Source of the DNA: an uncultured Bifidobacterium sp.
GTDB taxonomy: Bacteria; Actinomycetota; Actinomycetes; Nanopelagicales; Nanopelagicaceae
Assembly (NCBI GenBank): GCA_964561165.1
Contig: CAZLOJ010000001.1
Span: forward strand, 7,269 to 71,268
Direction of reading: 5' to 3'
Length of the DNA stretch: 64,000 bases
Below the pieces are notes generated by a model. That model was given only the letters and a program-made list of their open reading frames with translations, was not told the origin of the DNA and made no database searches. This document shows positions 58,073 through 64,000 of the stretch, piece after piece. Position 1 is the first letter of the stretch, and every line of letters begins with the position of its first letter. The position numbers and the translations under genes were made by a program.

Positions 58073-58989
58073 ATGTCCGCCTTCTCAGTTTCTTTCTTAT
58101 TTCTGATGGTCTTGTCATCGAACATGTCGGTCTTGAAGATAACGACGAGAGCGCCAATCATGCTTGGAATGAGCAGGATGATGGAGAGCGCCGAAGCGCC
58201 ACCGAAGTCACCGCTCTTGAATGCAAGTTCATAGCTGAGTTGGTCGAATGACCACGCATTTGCGATTCCGGTGTACACGCTGCTCGTTAATAGCTGTGGC
58301 TCTACGAAGATTTGCAGACCACCAGCGAAGAGAAGCACGGCCATGTAAATCACATATTTGCGGATTAACGGAAGTTTGATTCGCACTGCTAGTTGGAAGG
58401 CTGAGCAACCATCAACTCGAGCAGCTTCGATTATTTCCGAAGAGATGCTTTGTAGCGAGCCATACTGGATCAGAATCCAGTTACCCGCAATCGTAAAGAA
58501 AGTCATGATTGCGATGATGTATACAAGGTTTTTAGTTTGCCAAATTTGTGTAGCAGATTCGATGCCTAGCGCATTGAGAATAGATTTGATGGGACTTATT
58601 GTTGGTTCAAGGATCGCCCACCATACGAGGACTGCGACTGCTCCCGAAATTGAAGCGGGGACAATATAAGCCATTCTTAGATATTTGCTCCAGCGCGAGT
58701 GGCGCACATCAAGCATCAACGCCATCATGATGACGATAATCAAAGTGAGTGGTACGTATATAGCCATAAAGCCGAGAACATTTTTCACTGCTTGTGGGAA
58801 TCGGAAATCTTGCACGACAATCTTGAATGCGTCCCAACCGCCATCCGGATTTGTGAGCGATTCCCCTGGTACCTCTAGTACCGCCATGATCAACGGAACG
58901 AGTCCAAAAGCTATAAGTAAGAATAGATATGGCGCGAGCATCACCTTCATCAAGATATTTCGCTGTTTGTATTTTTTAGCCTTTGCCAT
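58069..58989 (-). CDS. Carbohydrate ABC transporter permease (MalF-like)
   Basis: 306 aa with EAA loop EAARVDGCSAFQLAVRIKLP. Confidence 0.88.
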   Translation of the reverse strand: MAKAKKYKQRNILMKVMLAPYLFLLIAFGLVPLIMAVLEVPGESLTNPDGGWDAFKIVVQDFRFPQAVKNVLGFMAIYVPLTLIIVIMMALMLDVRHSRWSKYLRMAYIVPASISGAVAVLVWWAILEPTISPIKSILNALGIESATQIWQTKNLVYIIAIMTFFTIAGNWILIQYGSLQSISSEIIEAARVDGCSAFQLAVRIKLPLIRKYVIYMAVLLFAGGLQIFVEPQLLTSSVYTGIANAWSFDQLSYELAFKSGDFGGASALSIILLIPSMIGALVVIFKTDMFDDKTIRNKKETEKADI

Positions 58990-59032
58990 CCCAGCTCCCT
59001 AAAACTTTTTCTCACCTAACGTCATTTAAGAA

Positions 59033-59062
59033 GCGGCGGACTTGTTTGACCAAATCCGCCGC
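59033..59062 (-). terminator. Stem-loop between the SBP and permease genes (partial terminator / mRNA stabiliser)
   Basis: The minus-strand RNA reads GCGGCGGA-(14 nt)-UCCGCCGC followed by UUCUUAAAU. It has an 8-bp GC-rich stem and a weak U tract. Confidence 0.45.
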
Positions 59063-59088
59063 TCGATAGTACGAGTAATTCTTACGAA

Positions 59089-60399
59089 TTACTTGGTTGT
59101 GACCTCATAGCCCAACTGTTGAGCAAGGTTTGAGGTATAGGTTGCGTACGCCTCAAGTGCCTTTTGAATGTCTTTCGACTTCGCAAGCTCTGGTGCGTAT
59201 GCCGCGCCCCATGCGCCGTCAGCGTCATAACGAACTGGCTTTACGCCGGTCCAGACTTTGCCAGCTTGAGCAGCCATTGCTGCATATGGAGAGCCGTTGT
59301 AGTACTTGTCAGCATCGATCTTTGCCTTCCAGAGCTTGTTGCCCTTGATATATGCAGGGAAGGTAGGAGCACCAGTGCTGCCATCTGGGTTCTTCACGGT
59401 AACAACGTTTCGCTTGTCGCCAACCATGAAGATTGCGAAGTCGAGCGCTGCGCGTGGGAATTTAGCGTGTGGAGAGATCGTGTAGATACCGCCACCCCAC
59501 TCACCAGAGTAGTTGGTTGTCTCGCCATCCCAGGTAGGCATTGGAGCTGCTGTTAGTCGACCTGCTGGAATGTTGAAGGAAGAAGCTGGACGAAGTACGA
59601 ACTCACCAAACCATGATGGTCCAATGTGAGCAACGATCTTGCCCTCTTGGCCGATCTTTACATACTCAGGTGAGAATGCAGAACCTGGGTAGTAGACGCC
59701 CGCATCGATTAGTGGTTGAAGTGCCGCGGTTACGCGGGTGCACTTTGGTGATTTTGCGTTGATGACTACTCGAGTTGCCGACTTCTCATTGTTCAATGGG
59801 CATTGTGATGGCCAGAAGTATGAGGAGTATGCAGCAGCATCACCAAGAGCACCGAGTGAATATCCTGGGTGGTTCTTAGCAAGATCTGCACCAATCGCGA
59901 ATAGTTCGCTCATCTTGGTTGGAACTTTGTAGCCGAAATCTGCGAACAACTTCGTGTCGTACCAGAGGACAGATTGAGCCATATCGTTCTTTACGCAGTA
60001 GTACTTTCCATCTGCGCCTTTGCACCAGTCATTGAGCTTGCCAAAGTTCTTGATCTCATCTGGCTTGAGCAGACTGGAGATCTCACGGGCGTTGTTGATG
60101 ATTGGGTTACGAAGAACCGCTACATCGTTTGGTGGGCCGAATACAACATCTGGCCAACCCTTCTTAACACGGTTGAAGAGCTGAACTTTCGCGAGCAAGT
60201 CACCTTGTGCGTGAAGTTCAACCTTGACGTTTACTTTGCCCTTCATAATCTTTGCGTACTCTTTTGCACCTGGAAGGCGTGGTGAGTCAACCCAAACCAA
60301 GATTGAAGGTGTTGCAGATTGTGCTGGCACGCTGATGAGTGCGCTACCTGCTATGGCAAACACACCTGCAAGGGCCAGAAGTACTTTATTTCTTTTCAA
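59089..60399 (-). CDS. Carbohydrate ABC transporter substrate-binding protein (Sec signal, no lipobox Cys)
   Basis: 436 aa with signal MKRNKVLLALAGVFAIAGSALISVPAQSA and SBP family 1 blocks. Confidence 0.85.
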   Translation of the reverse strand: MKRNKVLLALAGVFAIAGSALISVPAQSATPSILVWVDSPRLPGAKEYAKIMKGKVNVKVELHAQGDLLAKVQLFNRVKKGWPDVVFGPPNDVAVLRNPIINNAREISSLLKPDEIKNFGKLNDWCKGADGKYYCVKNDMAQSVLWYDTKLFADFGYKVPTKMSELFAIGADLAKNHPGYSLGALGDAAAYSSYFWPSQCPLNNEKSATRVVINAKSPKCTRVTAALQPLIDAGVYYPGSAFSPEYVKIGQEGKIVAHIGPSWFGEFVLRPASSFNIPAGRLTAAPMPTWDGETTNYSGEWGGGIYTISPHAKFPRAALDFAIFMVGDKRNVVTVKNPDGSTGAPTFPAYIKGNKLWKAKIDADKYYNGSPYAAMAAQAGKVWTGVKPVRYDADGAWGAAYAPELAKSKDIQKALEAYATYTSNLAQQLGYEVTTK

Positions 60400-60447
60400 A
60401 GGTTCCCCCTCTATGTTCGGGTGGGCAGAAATTCCCCCATCCGGATT

Positions 60448-60488
60448 TTGACTAATACTATGGACGAAATACTATTTCGTATAGTATT
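60448..60488. promoter_or_regulatory. Sigma70-like promoter overlapped by an AATACTAT repeat operator (candidate GntR site)
   Basis: TTGACT (60448-60453), N16, TACTAT (60470-60475). The 8-mer AATACTAT occurs at 60454 and 60468, and inverted as ATAGTATT at 60481. This gives a perfect inverted repeat AATACTAT-N5-ATAGTATT at 60468-60488. Confidence 0.45.
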
Positions 60489-60558
60489 TTTTTAAATGTT
60501 ACCGGAACTTTATAAAGCCCTAGAGAGCTAAGCTCGCTTCATATATAAGGAGTGCAGC

Positions 60559-61644
60559 ATGAAAATTACCAACGTCGAGGTAGTACTTGTTGACCGGCCT
60601 GCTTTCACTCCTGCCTTTGTCTGGCGCAAAGGTATTCCTGGCTCGGATGGTCCAATCACCGCAGGCTGGCTAATTATTGAGACGGATGCGGGCATTACTG
60701 GGTTTGCCTCTGCAGCGCGTGGAGTGATTCTCAAGGATTACATAGATCGCCGCTTTAAGAACGAGCTCATCGGGATGGATCCACTGCAACGCGAGTATCT
60801 CTGGGAGCGCGCATGGGAACTCGATCGCATTGAGAGATTTGCGCCCAATATGGCGCACGTTGTGGATGTAGCGCTCTGGGATATCGGTGCGAAAGCAGCG
60901 AAGCTTCCTGTTTACAAACTTCTTGGCGGCTTTCGAGAGTCAATTCCTGCATACGCCTCGACAGTAACGTATTCATCTATCTCTGAGTTTCTCGATATTG
61001 CAGATCAAGCATTAGAACTTGGTTACCCCGCTATCAAACTTCATGCATTTGGTGACGCGAAAAAAGATGCCGAGCTTTCATTAGCGCTTCGTGCTCACGT
61101 TGGACCTGACGTGCCACTGATGTATGACGGTTCAGCTGGATTTGATTTGATGGATGCGATGTATCTTGGTCATGCGCTCGATGAGGCTGGTTTTCTATGG
61201 TACGAAGAGCCCATGCGCGAATTCTCAGTGACTGCATATAAATGGTTAGGAGAACGCGTTCGGATCCCATTACTTCTTGGCGAAGTCACCGAAGGTGCGC
61301 ATATGAGTTCAGGAGATTTCGTTGCTTCAGGAGTTGCAAGCGCGCTTCGTGTGAGCACTTTCCTGCGCGGTGGGTTCACTGGCGCAATGCGGATCGCACA
61401 CCTTGCAGATGCTTATCATTTGCGAGCTGAAGTACATGGGTTTGGTCTAGAGAGCGCTCATCTATGTATGGCCATTAAGAACAACACTTTCTACGAATCT
61501 CTCGTCTTCGGTAATCCAATCACCCGGGAATCGCTTGTAGATAAGAACGGACTAGTCCATGGTCCAAGCGCTGTAGGAATCGGCTATGAAGAGCAATGGG
61601 AAGCAGTCGGAATTCCTCTGGGATTAGAGAAATATGTTAAATAG
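60559..61644 (+). CDS. Enolase-superfamily enzyme (mandelate racemase/muconate lactonizing type), probable acid-sugar dehydratase
   Basis: 361 aa with metal-ligand blocks MYDGS, WYEEP and LLGEV, plus His block EVHG. RBS TAAGGAG. Confidence 0.85.
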   Translation: MKITNVEVVLVDRPAFTPAFVWRKGIPGSDGPITAGWLIIETDAGITGFASAARGVILKDYIDRRFKNELIGMDPLQREYLWERAWELDRIERFAPNMAHVVDVALWDIGAKAAKLPVYKLLGGFRESIPAYASTVTYSSISEFLDIADQALELGYPAIKLHAFGDAKKDAELSLALRAHVGPDVPLMYDGSAGFDLMDAMYLGHALDEAGFLWYEEPMREFSVTAYKWLGERVRIPLLLGEVTEGAHMSSGDFVASGVASALRVSTFLRGGFTGAMRIAHLADAYHLRAEVHGFGLESAHLCMAIKNNTFYESLVFGNPITRESLVDKNGLVHGPSAVGIGYEEQWEAVGIPLGLEKYVK

Positions 61645-62416
61645 TTCAGTCGCTGTCCCGCGTAGGTCGGTACTTTCCGATGAAATATATTTTCTTATCC
61701 GTAAGATGATTTTTAATTACGAGATTTTGCCAGGAGCAAAAGTAAATATTGATGCGCTTGCTAAGCAGCTCGAGGTCTCACAGACCCCAGTTCGCGAAGC
61801 GTTATCTAGGCTTGAATCCGACGGTCTCATCGTGAAAGAACCATTAAAAGGTTTTCGCGCCACTAATTTGCTCACTATGCAGCAGCTCGATGATCTCTTC
61901 AAATTTCGGCTTCTCATAGAGCCTTTTGCTGCTGCGGAAGCCGCTAAAAGAATTGATGAAACTGGCAGAAAAGCGTTGAAGTCCGAGATTGAGAGCGCCA
62001 AAAATGCAATAAAGATTTCAGGTGATGATCAAGTCGAAGCGCTTACCGAGCATGACGCTAGATTTCATTCACTTATAGCGAGTATGTCTGGGAATGTTGT
62101 GCTATCCGAATCTTTTGAACGAACACATTGTCATTTGAATCTCTTTCGTTTATACATTGCAAACCAAAGAAGTCTGATTGTCGGAGAAACGCGTGCAGCC
62201 TTAGTAGATAAATTATTCAAACAGTATTACAACTCAGCGTCAGGGCAAGTGGCTATCAAGGAGCATGAGGAAATAGCGCTAGCTATCACAAGTGGTAATT
62301 TCAAATCTGCACAGAAATCAATGCATTTACATATAGAGAGCTCCTTGAAACGTTTCTATCCAGCCGCAAATGCGCTTTATCTCGTCGAGATCGCAACCAG
62401 TGAGGAGTTAGTGTGA
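61634..62416 (+). CDS. GntR-family regulator (FadR/FCD subfamily)
   Basis: wHTH region IDALAKQLEVSQTPVREALSRLESDGLI plus an all-helical FCD-like C-terminal domain. It overlaps both flanking genes. Confidence 0.9.
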   Translation: MLNSSVAVPRRSVLSDEIYFLIRKMIFNYEILPGAKVNIDALAKQLEVSQTPVREALSRLESDGLIVKEPLKGFRATNLLTMQQLDDLFKFRLLIEPFAAAEAAKRIDETGRKALKSEIESAKNAIKISGDDQVEALTEHDARFHSLIASMSGNVVLSESFERTHCHLNLFRLYIANQRSLIVGETRAALVDKLFKQYYNSASGQVAIKEHEEIALAITSGNFKSAQKSMHLHIESSLKRFYPAANALYLVEIATSEELV

Positions 62417-63531
62417 GTACTGTCATCACCGATATTGAGATTCGAGCATGCCGGGGGAAGGATGACCTTGGAGCGCTTGATGCAGCATCTGCCGTCGCGC
62501 TACCTGGAGGTGCTCGTCCGGATTTCACAGTCGTCACGTTGAAAACTTCCGACGGAACTACCGGCACCTCTTTCGGTTTTGGCGCACAAGATGCCAAGGC
62601 TGCTGCCGCGACTATGTCACAGGTGAAGCCTTTCTTTATTGGACGTAGTCCACATGATGCAGCGAAGAATATGAAAGATTTTGAATTCTTCGATCGACGA
62701 TGGAACCACGTTCCTATTTACTCTTATGCTCCTTTTGACAATGCCTGTTGGGACATTGTTGGCAAGATGGCACATCAGCCTGTGTACAAATTACTCGGCG
62801 CTGCGCGCGAGAAAGTTCCACTGTACGTATCATCAATGTTTCTTCCTGGCCCAGATGATTACGCCAAACAGGCTCTTGAGGTAAAAGCAAAGGGATACAA
62901 GGGATACAAACTGCACCCTCCTGGTGGACTTGATCTAGATATTGCCTGCTATCGAGCAGTCCGTGAAGCCGTTGGTGATGATTTCACGCTTATGGCGGAT
63001 CCGGTCATCATGGATAGTTATGAGTCTGCACTAAAAGCTGGGCGCGAATTGGAACGTCTTGGATATCGCTGGCTTGAGGAGCCTCTTCTTGATGTGAATC
63101 TCAATGGTCTTCGGAAACTTCGCGAGAAACTAGATATCCCTATTTGTGGTACCGAAGTGATTGCAGGCGCGCATTACACGACAGCGCACTGCATTGCAGA
63201 AGGTATCGTCGATATCGTGCGTACCGATGTCTCATGGCGAGGTGGAATCACTGCGGTAATGAAAACGGCACACGTTGCGGAAGCATTTGGCGTGCAATGC
63301 GAACTACATACCACGATCTACCACGGGCTAGAGCAAGTGCAACTACATCCCTCCCTCGCAATCCCTAATTGCGAATTCTTTGAGACCCTTTACCCATTCG
63401 ACGATTTTTTATTTGGCACCAAGACGCAGCTTAATATCCAAGATGGTTACGTCATGGCTCCAGTAGGTGAAGGGCTCTGCATCGAGTACGACTGGGACTT
63501 CATCGACAAGCACACCGTTGCCACTTTCTAA
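62413..63531 (+). CDS. Enolase-superfamily enzyme (MR/MLE type), paralogue of 60559-61644
   Basis: 372 aa with blocks MADPV, WLEEP, GTEV, RTDVS and ELHT. Confidence 0.85.
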   Translation: MSTVITDIEIRACRGKDDLGALDAASAVALPGGARPDFTVVTLKTSDGTTGTSFGFGAQDAKAAAATMSQVKPFFIGRSPHDAAKNMKDFEFFDRRWNHVPIYSYAPFDNACWDIVGKMAHQPVYKLLGAAREKVPLYVSSMFLPGPDDYAKQALEVKAKGYKGYKLHPPGGLDLDIACYRAVREAVGDDFTLMADPVIMDSYESALKAGRELERLGYRWLEEPLLDVNLNGLRKLREKLDIPICGTEVIAGAHYTTAHCIAEGIVDIVRTDVSWRGGITAVMKTAHVAEAFGVQCELHTTIYHGLEQVQLHPSLAIPNCEFFETLYPFDDFLFGTKTQLNIQDGYVMAPVGEGLCIEYDWDFIDKHTVATF

Positions 63532-63534
63532 TTA

Positions 63535-64000
63535 CTAATTAGTGAAATTAGAGAGCGGCCGTCCGGTAATTAGCGGATGCCAATCCTCGCGCTTTGACCA
63601 AGGCGTTTCGTAGGTTGGGTCGTTTGCATACCTTTTCACTGTGAAGTTCAGGTGCGCGAGCGTTCCTGGAGCCAAGTCAAGAGCGAAATGCTTGTCGTTG
63701 ATATCGGTAACTTTCCCGTCGATTTCGACTGAAATAAATTGATGCTCTCCGAATCCACCGGATTGCAAGACGAGTACGCGTTGTGTAGATCCAACGTTCG
63801 CTACATGGACGGAGGTGGTGGTTTTGGAGATGTGATCGACCATGATCGAAACGTCTTCGGGTAAGCCACTACGCTGGTTATCGCCGTCGAAAGGTCTGAT
63901 GTTTGCAAATTGGAAGCCACCATGTGAGATGTGCATCGGGGAACCAGTTGCCAACTGCATGAGACCTTCGAAATAAACCGGGCTAAACCATTGCCAGGCA
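63535..64000 (-). CDS. C-terminal part of a protein of unknown function (N-terminus beyond the right window edge)
   Basis: The frame stays open from 63535 to base 64000 (...WQWFSPVYFEGLMQLATGSPMHISHGGFQF...). The sequence is beta-rich and no family is recognised. Confidence 0.5.
   Translation of the reverse strand, partial: AWQWFSPVYFEGLMQLATGSPMHISHGGFQFANIRPFDGDNQRSGLPEDVSIMVDHISKTTTSVHVANVGSTQRVLVLQSGGFGEHQFISVEIDGKVTDINDKHFALDLAPGTLAHLNFTVKRYANDPTYETPWSKREDWHPLITGRPLSNFTN

Overview
The window spans the chromosomal replication origin of an actinobacterium of moderate GC content. It carries the classical origin-proximal gene order known from Mycobacterium and Streptomyces, in a stripped-down form. 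On the minus strand are dnaA, oriC, dnaN, recF, a DUF721/DciA gene, gyrB, gyrA, tRNA-Ile and tRNA-Ala. On the plus strand are rpmH, rnpA, yidD, yidC, jag, rsmG, parA and parB. Left of the origin lie ppiA, crgA, trpG, pknB, pstP, pheA, serS, an IclR/SDR pair, tRNA-Ser, sdhCAB fused to a crcB pair, pepP and an aldehyde dehydrogenase. Right of parB lies the conserved block cwlM-trxA-trxB-murJ-DUF6049-NUDIX-cca, followed by an Fe-S photolyase/cryptochrome-like gene. From about 42.8 kb the content becomes accessory. It starts with an operon of three exported proteins: a CE4 deacetylase plus a 578 aa and a 168 aa protein of unknown function. Next come a non-canonical NRAMP-type transporter fused in an operon with an orphan ABC permease pair. 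The largest accessory element is an approximately 15 kb sugar/sugar-acid catabolic island (48.7-63.5 kb). It mixes oxidative deoxy-sugar pathway parts (mutarotase, lactonase, two enolase-superfamily enzymes, a Gfo/Idh/MocA dehydrogenase, an LldD-like oxidase) with a CoA-transferase, two MaoC hotdog proteins, an RraA-like aldolase, an esterase and a signal-less SBP-like protein. I saw no CRISPR array, transposase, integrase, prophage or recognisable defence system. The best candidates for something undescribed are the catabolic island with its tightly coupled four-gene core, the secreted trio, an extra-origin DnaA-box cluster, and a Cys-rich micro-ORF behind sdh-crcB. All functional calls come from reading translated motifs by eye. 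No database search was run.
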